IMG/VR virus record: IMGVR_UViG_2512047041_000008
Source of the DNA: a virus
Lineage: Duplodnaviria > Heunggongvirae > Uroviricota > Caudoviricetes
Reading direction: 5' to 3' (one strand)
Length of the DNA: 56,009 nucleotides
Below are positions 40,798 through 51,092 of the stretch, piece after piece. Position numbers and translations under genes: made by a program. A model generated the notes under the pieces. The model was not told where the DNA came from, ran no database searches, and saw only the letters and a program-made list of their open reading frames with translations. Position 1 is the stretch's first letter; each line of letters opens with the position of its first letter.

Positions 40798-41886
40798 TTA
40801 CGCCAGTACGCCAATTGCCAGCGCGCGATCGATAAAACGAAATATCAGCTCCAGTTGGGAGCCATACTTATCTTCAAATGCCACTGTATCCGTATGCAGC
40901 TCGTTGTGATGCTTTCTGCACAAAGGCAACACAAAGAGATCATGTGCTTTTGTTCCCATTCCGCCCTGCCCGTGACCAATCAGATGATGCGGATCGTCGG
41001 CTGGCATACCGCAGCAAGCACACGGCTGTGTCTTAACCCAACGTGTGTATTTCTCCTTAACCCAGCGGCGACGTTTAGGCAGCTTCATGAAAGATTCCGG
41101 AGACTCTGGATCAACGGTGATGCTTACCACCGTCTTTTCCTGTGGTGATTTTTGTTGCTGGTGGGCGTAAGGCAACGGTGCAAGATTTTTTGTGCGTTGT
41201 TTCAATATGCTGGTGGCGGTCTGCTCTCCCGGTACGATGTCGCTTTCGCGGTACACCGAGCAGATTTTTTCCGCTGGTAATCCCAGCGAACGACGCGATA
41301 CAGCCTCAGGTAGTGCATCCACCACCTGATTGCAGACCGCCCACCAGGATAATTCAGCCAAAGATAATTCCCGCTCCTGCGTACCGCTTATTGCGTGACG
41401 GATGACGTCAATCACCCATGCTGTCAGATTTTGTTGAGCAAGCAGCTCCAGTGATTCCGATGTCTGGTCACGCAGTTGGTTGTCGCAGTGCCAGCACAAC
41501 ACCATTGCGCCGGTACCATAACGGTGAATGACTGTTTCAGTGTGATGGTAATCGCCATTAGGCCACTGGCAGGATGTAACATGACGTAATAGCCAGTCGG
41601 ACAATGCGCCAACGCCGCCAGCAGCACGAATCACCCGTTCGTTACTAAAAAACGGCAGCAATGTTTTGTCTTCCGCCAGCGGCTGGCGAACGGCAGGAAC
41701 GACTCCGGATGGCAGATTACGCATGCTTTTTGGTTCCGGTTCCACCAGCACTCGAGGATTATGAAATATCTGTATGGATTCACGGCCCGGCTTAAGGACC
41801 ACCAGCCCAAGCTCAGGCACCAGAACAGGTCTAAGTAATACCCGCACGTTACCTCCAGATCCGTTGCTGGAAAGTGCGGGACGCAC
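40798..41886 (-). CDS. ydfU: YdfU-like protein
   Basis: 362-aa ORF; true start may be internal (about 349 aa); position as in Qin. Confidence 0.7.
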   Translation of the reverse strand: MRPALSSNGSGGNVRVLLRPVLVPELGLVVLKPGRESIQIFHNPRVLVEPEPKSMRNLPSGVVPAVRQPLAEDKTLLPFFSNERVIRAAGGVGALSDWLLRHVTSCQWPNGDYHHTETVIHRYGTGAMVLCWHCDNQLRDQTSESLELLAQQNLTAWVIDVIRHAISGTQERELSLAELSWWAVCNQVVDALPEAVSRRSLGLPAEKICSVYRESDIVPGEQTATSILKQRTKNLAPLPYAHQQQKSPQEKTVVSITVDPESPESFMKLPKRRRWVKEKYTRWVKTQPCACCGMPADDPHHLIGHGQGGMGTKAHDLFVLPLCRKHHNELHTDTVAFEDKYGSQLELIFRFIDRALAIGVLA

Positions 41887-42127
41887 GTGGTGGGCGTTCG
41901 GAATAAGGCAGCCTGACAGAGATTATCCAGTGCCGATAGTCGAGACTGAGAGCTTTCTTAACCTCGAACCCGCGCCTGCGGTAAGAATGAATCAGCCATT
42001 CGGCCTGTTCTGCAGTGCATGGAGGGTGCTGGAACCATTCAGACTTGAATGCGTGAGAATACCGCCCGTGCGTGCAGGCAAGAACGGGCGAATTATCAGA
42101 ATTGTAATATTTTGCGTTGCGTGCCAT
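41849..42127 (-). CDS. rem: Rem-like protein
   Basis: 92-aa ORF positioned between ydfU and hokD. Confidence 0.6.
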   Translation of the reverse strand: MARNAKYYNSDNSPVLACTHGRYSHAFKSEWFQHPPCTAEQAEWLIHSYRRRGFEVKKALSLDYRHWIISVRLPYSERPPRASRTFQQRIWR

Positions 42128-42193
42128 CGGTTTTCTCCGGTGGCACGGTGTTACTCAGCGGGAGTTCAGCCCCGCGCAAGATTGTAGATGAGT

Positions 42194-42445
42194 TTATTCT
42201 CCTGAAAAAGCAGAAAAGCCAGCTTTTATTCCGATCTCTTTCAATGCCTGTAATGAAGTGACAAACTCACCTTCGCGCAAGATAAATCCGTCCGTGACCC
42301 GAGCATCCACAAAATTAATTAACGCAGCCCCATTCTTTCGCAAACACATAATGCGGTAATGACTAACAAGATTTCCATTTTCAACGCACACAGCATAGAG
42401 GCCATCTTCACAAAAAATTTTACGCAGTTCTTCGATGTTCATCAT
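42194..42445 (-). CDS. Hypothetical small protein
   Basis: 83-aa ORF, no recognised family. Confidence 0.4.
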   Translation of the reverse strand: MMNIEELRKIFCEDGLYAVCVENGNLVSHYRIMCLRKNGAALINFVDARVTDGFILREGEFVTSLQALKEIGIKAGFSAFSGE

Positions 42446-42661
42446 CAGAATCCTTCCGGATAATTAGCTCTCCCCTTTAAGGGACCATCCCTCTTATCCC
42501 TGCGCGCTACTTAAGTATTTTTGATTCTATTCCGGCACCGTCCAGAACTTCAAACGCGTTGAAAATAAAAACAAAAACCCGCCGAAGCGGGTTAAGTGCG
42601 GGTGCGTTGAGGATGCCTGCCACATCAGAGGTGGCGAGGGATTTCTCCCCCGCCGGGTCTC

Positions 42662-42817
42662 TTACTCCTCAGGTTCGTAAGCTGTGAAGACAGCGACCTC
42701 CGTCTGGCCGGTTCGGATTCGTACCTCGCAGAGGTCTTTCCTCGTTACCAGTGCCGTCACTATGACGGTTAAACAGATGACGATCAGGGCGATTAACATC
42801 GCCTTTTGCTGCTTCAT
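42662..42817 (-). CDS. hokD: Hok-family toxin
   Basis: 51 aa translated by hand from the minus strand, MKQQKAMLIALIVICLTVIVTALVTRKDLCEVRIRTGQTEVAVFTAYEPEE. Confidence 0.85.
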   Translation of the reverse strand: MKQQKAMLIALIVICLTVIVTALVTRKDLCEVRIRTGQTEVAVFTAYEPEE

Positions 42818-42888
42818 AGCCTGCTTCTCCTGTCAACGCAAAGCAGAAGTGTCACCTTCGGTGCGAAACAGAGATGTCATGCTTTGGT

Positions 42889-43176
42889 TCAGAGAATGCG
42901 TTTGACCGCCTCGCTATATACTTCCGAGCGTTCTCTTTTCCCAACAGAAATCACGAAAACGACAACTTTCTCGTCTATAACCTGGTATACAAGGCGATAG
43001 CCTGAAGACCGGAGCTTAATCTTGTAACAATCAGGCATACCACGGAGCTTGTTTGCTTCAATCCGGGGTGACTCAAGTACTTCAACCAGCTTCTTTTTCA
43101 ACTGTTCACGTACCGTCGAGCCCAGCTTTCGCCATTCCTTTAGTGCCCGCTCGTCAAAATCCAGAAAATACGCCAT
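42889..43176 (-). CDS. relE: RelE mRNA interferase toxin
   Basis: 95 aa, matches recalled RelE. Confidence 0.9.
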   Translation of the reverse strand: MAYFLDFDERALKEWRKLGSTVREQLKKKLVEVLESPRIEANKLRGMPDCYKIKLRSSGYRLVYQVIDEKVVVFVISVGKRERSEVYSEAVKRIL

Positions 43177-43415
43177 CAGAGTTCATCCAGCGTCACACGT
43201 ACTGGCTTAGGATTACGAAGCCGTTCTTTCACTATCTCCACAAGTTCAGCATCTTCATCACTCAGGAGTGTCTGTTTGAACGGCAAGCGTTCATTGTCAG
43301 CGATATACTCGAGCATGAGACGAAGCGCTTCAGAAGGAGTTACACCCATTTTTTCAAGCGCGGCGTAAGAACGCGCTTTAAGTTCATCGTCAATACGCAG
43401 GTTAATGCTACCCAT
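43176..43415 (-). CDS. relB: RelB antitoxin
   Basis: 79 aa, matches recalled RelB; overlaps relE start. Confidence 0.9.
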   Translation of the reverse strand: MGSINLRIDDELKARSYAALEKMGVTPSEALRLMLEYIADNERLPFKQTLLSDEDAELVEIVKERLRNPKPVRVTLDEL

Positions 43416-43419
43416 GTCT

Positions 43420-43456
43420 TACACCTCTTGTAATTACAAATGTCATTACAAGTATC
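43420..43456 (-). promoter_or_regulatory. relBE operator/promoter region (relO repeats)
   Basis: CTTGTAATGACATTTGTAATTACAAG repeats immediately upstream of the relB ATG. Confidence 0.55.
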
Positions 43457-43745
43457 GCACTACAACATGCTTAGGGCAAGTCACGAAGGAAGTCAGAAAG
43501 TAGTCGTAAGAACGGTGATCACTGTCCGCTTTGTGCCAGGAGCAGCCATTGCTAAGTCCATCCTGTATTGTGCAGGTCAGCTCGTTTTTAAAGAGTCCGG
43601 CCATCATCTTACTGGTACAGACACCATATACTTTGTGACGGTCAGGCTACATATGCACAACTCAACTTATTCATCTATTTTTTGCTTTAGCATGTCAGTG
43701 TTGCTTTCTCGTCGGCGGGTGAGCGGTGACCTGAACTGTCGATAA
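43440..43745 (+). CDS. ydfV: YdfV-like hypothetical protein
   Basis: 101-aa ORF divergent from relB, as in Qin. Confidence 0.5.
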   Translation: MSLQVSHYNMLRASHEGSQKVVVRTVITVRFVPGAAIAKSILYCAGQLVFKESGHHLTGTDTIYFVTVRLHMHNSTYSSIFCFSMSVLLSRRRVSGDLNCR

Positions 43746-43947
43746 AGGAACGTAACACGTTTTATGCAACACCCGCATGCGGCAGAAAATTATTGCCGAA
43801 CGTTTACCCCTGTCAACAAGCTTTACTTTCTGAGGCGCGCCAGCCCGCGAGGAAAACAATCTGAACATCAAACAATTAATGACACAAGAAATACGATTAA
43901 AGATTTTTTTGTGCATGCCGATAGTGCTTTTTTAAAAGGAGAAATCT

Positions 43948-44280
43948 ATGTCTGTCACAATTCAGGGAAATACCTCAACCGTTATTTCAAACAACTCCGC
44001 CCCGGAAGGAACATCAGAAATAGCCAAAATCACAAGACAAATTCAGGTGCTGACTGAAAAGCTTGGGAAAATCTCATCGGAAGAGGGGATGACGACACAG
44101 CAGAAAAAAGAAATGGCTGCATTGGTACAGAAGCAAATTGAAAGCCTCTGGGCTCAACTGGAGCAGTTGTTAAGGCAGCAGGCAGAGAAAAAGAATGAAG
44201 ACGCGACAGTTCAGCCTGATAAAAAAGAAGAGAAAAAAGACGATACAAATACCGCTGGCACCATTGATATTTACGTCTAA
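43948..44280 (+). CDS. flxA: FlxA-like protein
   Basis: 110 aa, coiled coil, KE-rich C-terminus. Confidence 0.75.
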   Translation: MSVTIQGNTSTVISNNSAPEGTSEIAKITRQIQVLTEKLGKISSEEGMTTQQKKEMAALVQKQIESLWAQLEQLLRQQAEKKNEDATVQPDKKEEKKDDTNTAGTIDIYV

Positions 44281-44323
44281 GTGAACCGCCCCGGGTTTCC
44301 TGGAGAGTGTTTTATCTGTGAAC

Positions 44324-45214
44324 TCAGGCTGCCAGATCATCGTTTCCGATGGAAGCATAATAAGCTTTTTCTGCTTCTGCCGGAGGAGTATGGCCCAGCC
44401 TTTCCAGCAATCGTCGATTGTTATACCAGTCCACCCACGTGAGTGTGGCCAGTTCCACTTCTGCACGGTTTTTCCAGCTCTTACGGTGTATTACCTCCGC
44501 TTTGTAAAGACCATTGATGCTCTCCGCCATCGCGTTGTCATACGAGTCGCCTGTACTTCCTGTTGATGCCAGTAATCCGGCTTCCTTAAGCCGCTGTGTG
44601 TAGGCCAGCGATACATACTGAGAACCTTTATCACTGTGATGGACCGTGCCGGACGGTCGACGGGCCCATAACGCCTGCTCCAGTGCATCCAGCACGAATG
44701 TCGTTTCCATGGACGATGAGACCCGCCACCCCACGATGTATCCGGCAAACACATCAATGATGAACGCCACATAGACGAAGCCCCGCCATGTGCTGACGTA
44801 AGTAAAATCAGCCACCCACAGCTGGTCAGGTCGTTCTGCCACGAACTGACGGTTTACGCGGTCGCCTGCGGCAACGGCTTTCCGGCTGATGGTCGTACGG
44901 ACCTTTTTACCCCGGAGAACACCGGCAAGTCCCATAACCGCCATGAGACGTGCCACAGTGCATCTGGCCACTCTGATACCTTCCCGTAACAACTGACGCC
45001 AGACTTTACGCACACCGTATACCTTGTGATTTTCATCGTATACGCGCTGTATCTCTTTCTTCAGCCAGTCATCGCGCTGCGCACGGGCACTGCGTTTATC
45101 CGGATGATGTCGCTGTTGCTGACAGTGGTAATACGTTGACGGGGCAATATGCAGTTCGCTGCATAGCGGTCCGACCCCGTACTGCTCACGCAGCTTATCC
45201 AGCAGTGGCATCAT
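44324..45214 (-). CDS. IS629 transposase OrfB
   Basis: Identical to the copy 1 OrfB. Confidence 0.85.
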   Translation of the reverse strand: MMPLLDKLREQYGVGPLCSELHIAPSTYYHCQQQRHHPDKRSARAQRDDWLKKEIQRVYDENHKVYGVRKVWRQLLREGIRVARCTVARLMAVMGLAGVLRGKKVRTTISRKAVAAGDRVNRQFVAERPDQLWVADFTYVSTWRGFVYVAFIIDVFAGYIVGWRVSSSMETTFVLDALEQALWARRPSGTVHHSDKGSQYVSLAYTQRLKEAGLLASTGSTGDSYDNAMAESINGLYKAEVIHRKSWKNRAEVELATLTWVDWYNNRRLLERLGHTPPAEAEKAYYASIGNDDLAA

Positions 45215-45537
45215 TTTTTCCAGAGGCGGTCGAACTCCGCCTTCGCAAAATAAGCGGAAGCCTGGCGAAGGATATCGTTACTGCGGCGCAGTTCACGATT
45301 TTCACGTTCCAGCTCTTTCAGACGCTGACGTTCAGCGGTGGTGAGCCCTCCATCACCGCCCCCGGTATCCCGCTCATGCTGGCGAACCCAGACACGCAGA
45401 GTCTCCGGCGTACAGCCAATCTTTGGAGCAATGGAACAAATTGTCGCCCATTGTGAGTCATATTCGCTCTGACTTTCCAGAACCATACGGACTGCCCGTT
45501 GACGGACTTCGGGGGAAAAACGAGTATTTTTAGTCAT
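45211..45537 (-). CDS. IS629 transposase OrfA
   Basis: Identical to the copy 1 OrfA. Confidence 0.85.
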   Translation of the reverse strand: MTKNTRFSPEVRQRAVRMVLESQSEYDSQWATICSIAPKIGCTPETLRVWVRQHERDTGGGDGGLTTAERQRLKELERENRELRRSNDILRQASAYFAKAEFDRLWKK

Positions 45538-46029
45538 CCTGTTTACCTCTTTCTCAGGAAGTTTAGTCTCCAGGATTCCCGGGGCGGTTCAAAGTGACAG
45601 CCGTATTGTGGCCCTCATCGGGCCACTTTTCGCCATCAGCCTTTTCTTTAAAGACATATTATCTTTGTATCATTTCTGATAGTTAACATTACAAGATATA
45701 AGTAATGGACGCACTCCCAATTAGTCTATTTAAATCGCCACGAGTTTAACTGACAACCCATGATCAATTATGAATTGCAACTATTTCTGTAGTCACTTTT
45801 GTGGGGACAGTCCACAAAACTGCCAACTTCCGCTTCTTGCTCTTAGCGGACATTAGCATAGGCTATTTACCATAACGCCTCATTACGCGCACCGCCCAGA
45901 CTGACTCAGCGCGTTTCTGGCATATCCCCGGTAAAACAAGTAACAAACCACCCGAAAATGAACACCAGAAACGCGACTTAAGAATCTACCCTATGAATGG
46001 ATATGCACTCAACCGAATCGATCTTGGTT

Positions 46030-46125
46030 TCAATCTTTTTTATCGGGATCAGGCTTCTTTTTAGGTAACTTCGGGGGCTTAACTTGCTGATGACTTTGCG
46101 TTCGGCGCGTAAGCCAGGGATGGTC
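46030..46125 (-). pseudogene. C-terminal tail of a DDE transposase gene, split from its body by IS600 copy 2
   Basis: Frame continues ...YYVKPKAD-HPWLTRRTQSHQQVKPPKLPKKKPDPDKKD* after removing the IS and one GTC copy. Confidence 0.6.
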
Positions 46126-46168
46126 TGAGGTGTACTGGCAATAGCGGACACAACCATTTGTTCTTTTT

Positions 46169-46987
46169 TTAAGCAGCCATCTGATGATATTTTTCCCTGA
46201 AGGCTGCCGGGGAGATATTCCCCAGACGAGAGTGACGACGCTGACGATTGTAGAAAATCTCAATGTATTCCCGTATTACTGAGATGGCTTCATCCCGGTT
46301 ATTAAAACGATAGTGGCTCAGGCTCTCATTTTTCAGCGTTCCCCAGAAGCTTTCCATCGGAGCGTTGTCGTAACAGTTACCTTTACGCGACATTGATGTT
46401 TTCAGACCAAACTGCTCCTGTATGACCCGGTAATCGTATGCGCAGTACTGTGAACCTCGATCAGAGTGGTGGATTAGCCCGGCAGGTGGGCGCTGGCTCC
46501 TGAGCGCCATAAACAGGGCTTTACCTGTCAGCTCTTTTGTCATGCGCTCTCCCATGGCGTAGCCGACAATTTCGCACGTATAAACATCTTTGATGCCAGC
46601 GAGGTACAACCATCCCTCCTGTGTGGCAACATACGTCAGGTCCGCCACCCAGACCTGATTTGGTGCTGTAGGAGTGAACGTCTGGTTCAGCAGATTTGGC
46701 GCAACTGGCAGATTGTGGTTCGGGTTCGTAGTCGCTCTGAACTTGCGTTTCTGCTTACAGCGTAGCCTTAGCTCCTTACGAAGACGTGCCAGTCGGTCAC
46801 GACCAACGATGATGCCATTCTCTGCCAGCTCCGTCTGGAGCCGCCGGGTTCCATATGTTTCGCGAGTGCGGATATGTGCCACCTTAATCTCCAGTTTTAG
46901 CCGCTCATCACTTTGTTTTCTGTCTGAGGGTTCATGCTGTACCCAGTTGTAATAACCGCTCCTGGATACACCAAATACCTGACACAT
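46169..46987 (-). CDS. IS600 transposase OrfB
   Basis: Identical to the copy 1 OrfB. Confidence 0.85.
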   Translation of the reverse strand: MCQVFGVSRSGYYNWVQHEPSDRKQSDERLKLEIKVAHIRTRETYGTRRLQTELAENGIIVGRDRLARLRKELRLRCKQKRKFRATTNPNHNLPVAPNLLNQTFTPTAPNQVWVADLTYVATQEGWLYLAGIKDVYTCEIVGYAMGERMTKELTGKALFMALRSQRPPAGLIHHSDRGSQYCAYDYRVIQEQFGLKTSMSRKGNCYDNAPMESFWGTLKNESLSHYRFNNRDEAISVIREYIEIFYNRQRRHSRLGNISPAAFREKYHQMAA

Positions 46988-47022
46988 CGCTTCAATGGGA
47001 AATTGTTGTCGCCATTGTTCGA

Positions 47023-47325
47023 TTAACGCGTATTTTTCAGCGACTCCTGTGCAAAATACGCTGTTGCTTTTTTTAATATATCTCGCTCAAGGCGAGCTTC
47101 ATTTAACGCCTTACGCAGTTGCAGAATTTCAGATTCCAGTTCAGCCACCGTGCGGGAACCAGGAGTACCGAGCCCTTTTCTGGCGGCGGTAACCCATTGT
47201 CCTAAAGTGCCTTCAGGAAGAGATAATCGGGAAGCGCCTTCGCTGATCGAAAGTTGATTTTCAAGAACCGTTCTGACAGCTTCGGCTTTGAACTCTTTAG
47301 AGTAACGTTGGTTTTTTCTGCTCAT
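47023..47325 (-). CDS. IS600 transposase OrfA
   Basis: Identical to the copy 1 OrfA. Confidence 0.85.
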   Translation of the reverse strand: MSRKNQRYSKEFKAEAVRTVLENQLSISEGASRLSLPEGTLGQWVTAARKGLGTPGSRTVAELESEILQLRKALNEARLERDILKKATAYFAQESLKNTR

Positions 47326-47389
47326 TATTAGCTCCTTCTGATGCCATTCTATTTCAGGAAGGAGTGTCCGTTAAACTCAGGCTACCTCA

Positions 47390-48610
47390 GTCAGCTTTAG
47401 GTTTAACATAGTATTTTGAGCGTAAATCAATACGGGCATTATCCACTCGTTCATGGACACTCTTTTCATCATCCAGTGGTATAGGCTCCGGGCCATCAAC
47501 ATACTTTTCCCAGCCCAGCGCTTTCCCGTCATACAGAACGTTAATTTCACCGTCAAAGTTCTCGCATACAGTAACAACCGAATGCCTAAGTCGATATCCC
47601 CGACCCTCACTGCGTACCTGAAACGCACTGCTTTTGTACTGGAAAGTGAGATTTTTAGACAGAACGCGCTTCGCCTGTAGGCTGAAGATATAACCCAGTT
47701 CCTCTTCAGAATGGTGCACATCAAGATGAGCATTATCAGTAGTACGAGGCGACGTAGCGAACCGGTTGTTATAGGCTTCAATAAAGGTCGGCAACCATGC
47801 ATTTGCTGTTTCAATATCACTGATATTCTGAAGCCGCATTTCTTTGACCAGCCTGTCCTGTAGTGTCTGATTGGCGCGCTCTACCCGCCCTTTTGCCTGC
47901 GGGCTGTTGGCATGGATTGGCTCGATGCCCAGTGTCTTTATCGCACGAGTGAACTGGGTCAGCTCACCTTCCCGCTCTGGGTTATTTACCCTGAATATAC
48001 TGTGTCTATCAGAGTAGAGAGCGAGCGGTACGCCATGATCATTAAGGTAACCCCGGAGGGTTTCCATGTAAGCCCGGGTTGTTTCAGCAGGCACAAAACG
48101 CAACGCCATCAACGCACTGGTGGCATCATCAATGAAAACGATCAGTGTACATCTGGGGCCTCGATTTTCAAACCAGTCATGAGGTGAGCCATCAATCTGG
48201 ATCAGTTCACCGTAAGATGGTCGTCGCATGCGGCGTTGATATATACGGGCAATTTTACGACGGCGTTCACGCCATAACCCCTCTTCTATCATCCACTTTC
48301 TGAGAGTTTCAACGGATAAAGATAAACCGTGTATCTCGCGCAATTTTTCGCACGCAAACGTAGGTCCAAAATCAGCGTAACGGCCTTTGAGGAGTGAAAT
48401 TACTGTTGCTCTGAATTCAGTAGAAAAGGAATTATTAGGACGCTTTCCACGTCGGTGGGAAACCAGACCAGAAGGCCCTTCATTTCTATACCGTTGCACC
48501 AGACGTTTAACCTGCCGAATAGAAATGCCAATGCGTGCCGCAGCTTGTTCCTGAATAATCTGAAGTCGGTGGAGTTCCTTATGACTCATCGTAACAGTCT
48601 CTTTGATCAT
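47390..48610 (-). pseudogene. DDE transposase (HTH plus rve-type core; IS481/ISNCY-like, family uncertain), 3' end truncated by IS600
   Basis: 407-aa ORF with D...D...E spacing (IQIDGS, YSDRHS, RVERAN); its stop codon is formed by the IS600 terminus. Confidence 0.65.
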
Positions 48611-48944
48611 GAAAAATCCCCCAGAGAATTGTCTGGGGACATTTTAGAATGGTTCAAAGGGGACATTACAGCTTGGTGTTAACAATAGCCTGCTTCTCCG
48701 TGCCTTTCGGCACGTAAGAGGCTAACCTACATGTGTCTAGCATGAAATTGGCCTCAGATTAATGTTAAGCGTCTTGCAGGACGCGTAATGTTAACTGGGG
48801 CTTTTCTCTATCTGCCGTTGGTGTCCATGCCCGAGGCAGATAGCCTCAAGCACCCGCAGTCATTCTACTTAACTAAGATTTCCCCGCAAACCGTTTTTGT
48901 CCAGCACAGTAAATATCCAACTAAACCAATGGAGTTCGCTGTAT

Positions 48945-49163
48945 TTACCGCCAGTATTCAATGCACATGACCGCCATGAACACCCCTAAAAAAAGGGCAT
49001 TTATATATCCAAATATTAATATCAAAACATCAACTTTTTCCATATACCTTGCTGTGAAGATGATGGGCATACATGATGCGAACAACCAGAACGCAACAAA
49101 CAAAAACTGCAATGCGTTTTTCATTATTCCTCCTACAATCAATGTGCAATTACATTTAAACAC
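48945..49163 (-). CDS. Hypothetical small membrane protein
   Basis: 72-aa hydrophobic ORF; weak support. Confidence 0.3.
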   Translation of the reverse strand: MFKCNCTLIVGGIMKNALQFLFVAFWLFASCMPIIFTARYMEKVDVLILIFGYINALFLGVFMAVMCIEYWR

Positions 49164-50276
49164 ACCTCAATTTGGCCGGACATATAAATATCTAAACCAG
49201 AAAAAATCACTTACATAGCGTTACAAACTCTTTAGTCTAAAGGTTCATCGTAAAACATTCCCCATACTTATCAGTCCGTTCCGCGCCAGGTAGCTCATTG
49301 CCTTATCTGGCAACCTGTAATCAGGTTTCCGCTTTTTCAGTTGGCTGGTCGTTTAACCGACATAGTTAATCCATTAATCTAGTTGCCGGATGTTGGTGGA
49401 TTTTCGCGTTTTAGTTGTTCATAAAAGTGCACAGCTTTAACCAGTTCTTCTGATGTAACTGGGACTGGTGAGGCAGTGAATAAGGCCTGAATTTGATAGT
49501 TCGGCCTGTCGTTACAATCCTCTTTTTTCGGTACATATTTCCAGTCACCAGACCACTACTTCCCCTGAAAGTCCGTAACGCCTTTTTTCACGTAGCGATA
49601 TCGCCATGCCACTGGTTTTGCTTGCCCCGCCGTTTCATGCCCTTCCTGATAATTAATCTCGCTCATTCATCGCCCCACTCATCACAATATGCTTCGACCG
49701 GAGTTTTTCCCGCTTCATAGTCATCACGCTAGGATTCGACATCAGCAGCACTTCCACCGCGTAACTCACCATAGTCCATTAATAGTTCATCCCGCTCTTC
49801 AAAACTGATGTTATATTTAGCTGAACAAAAATCAGCCACTTTGTTCTTCCTCATCGTCTTTTATTTCGTGGTATGAGTAATTGCAGTAGTTAAAGAAAAT
49901 TTCTTATGCTCCGTCATGAATTTCCTCAGGTGTTGCGTCATCGTCCACTTCGAATACATCCTCAAAATCTCCACCAGCTATTCCCGTTTCAATAATAATT
50001 TTGAACTTTCGCATTTCACTACCGCCCTTTCGGGCGGCCTCCTGATGTTCTGAGGGTGCAGAAATCCATCCGGTTAAGGATTAAATTTTATTTACAGAAC
50101 TGAATTTAATTATTCAGATATACGTATCTGTAGCCTTACGAATCTACTCACTGGATGCCTCTTTCATAAAAATAATCCAGTGGGTTTTATCGTTTTTTCC
50201 CTGTTCGTTGACAGATAACAGGTTTTCTGTCTGTCAGTGCCAGAATCTGGCTTACCGGTATTTGCGTTTCATTCCA

Positions 50277-50633
50277 TTAAAAAATCAGAACGCCGTGCGG
50301 CCTCAACACCCGAAAGGCTTCTTTAAATCTCTGTCGCGAATCATCACGCCAGGCATCTTTATTCAGCCGTCCATATTTCTTTCCCATCCAGGCGTTATCA
50401 CCAACACTCTCAAGATGCGGAGGGTCTAATACAACCATCGAAAAAGATGCGTCTGCAAATGATAATGCACGAAAATCTGCGATAATGTCAGGGCTGATAA
50501 TCAAGCGTCTCCCATTGCGTAATGTGTATCCTTCTTTTCTGATATCGCTGAATATCGCCCGTTCGTCAGACTTATCGAACCAGAACATGCGGCTGCCACA
50601 GCACATATCAAGAATGGTTGCCGGTGCACTCAC
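50277..50633 (-). CDS. DNA methyltransferase-like protein (short, possibly truncated)
   Basis: SAM-binding-like DMCCGS and catalytic DPPH motifs; only 118 aa. Confidence 0.5.
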   Translation of the reverse strand: MSAPATILDMCCGSRMFWFDKSDERAIFSDIRKEGYTLRNGRRLIISPDIIADFRALSFADASFSMVVLDPPHLESVGDNAWMGKKYGRLNKDAWRDDSRQRFKEAFRVLRPHGVLIF

Positions 50634-51052
50634 TGCGCCACGTCCTGAAAATTACCCTGATAGAAAGCCAGTATGCGCTGCATAACTTCGCTCTTCCGGC
50701 ACTCGCGACAGATTATGTTTAGGCGACTGTCGTAGCGACGTATTTCTCCGTCAGGTGATGACCAGATAAGGTCCGGATCAACCACAGCAGGTTTCTTCAC
50801 CTTTGCCCTCGAGAGTTTTTTGCGGGCGTTTTGCCAGTCCTTACGCGCCTGTTCAGAGGGGAATAACCCGTAGCCGGAGTTGTATACATCGCCACTGGCT
50901 ACCAGCTCTCTGGCAAGAACGCTCATCAGATATCTAGTCGCACCTGTTTTAGCTTCCAGTTGCCGTAACGTCTCACGGCCGCTCTGGCGCACGAGTTCCA
51001 CCACCTGCCATTTAATTTTTTCCCGCTCTTCTTGTGTAAAAACTTTTGCCAC
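50630..51052 (-). CDS. Hypothetical phage protein downstream of the replication gene
   Basis: 140-aa ORF overlapping the methyltransferase start. Confidence 0.45.
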   Translation of the reverse strand: MAKVFTQEEREKIKWQVVELVRQSGRETLRQLEAKTGATRYLMSVLARELVASGDVYNSGYGLFPSEQARKDWQNARKKLSRAKVKKPAVVDPDLIWSSPDGEIRRYDSRLNIICRECRKSEVMQRILAFYQGNFQDVAQ

Positions 51053-51092
51053 AAGTCCCCCTTAAAATTACCTCATGACCTGAAATCAACAC

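Larger units (their letters stand above)
44282..45591 (-). mobile_element. IS629 copy 2, 1310 bp, flanked by 3-bp direct repeat AAG
   Basis: Transposase proteins identical to copy 1; AAG on both flanks; inserted 1 bp after the flxA stop. Confidence 0.85.
46126..47389 (-). mobile_element. IS600 copy 2, 1264 bp, flanked by 3-bp direct repeat GTC, nested in another IS
   Basis: Transposase proteins identical to copy 1; GTC on both flanks. Confidence 0.85.

Noticed and set aside
50013-50030. Hairpin CCGCCCTTTCGGGCGG as a terminator or DicF-like sRNA 3' end
   Set aside because: No U-rich tail on either strand, and I could not align it to the DicF sequence from memory.
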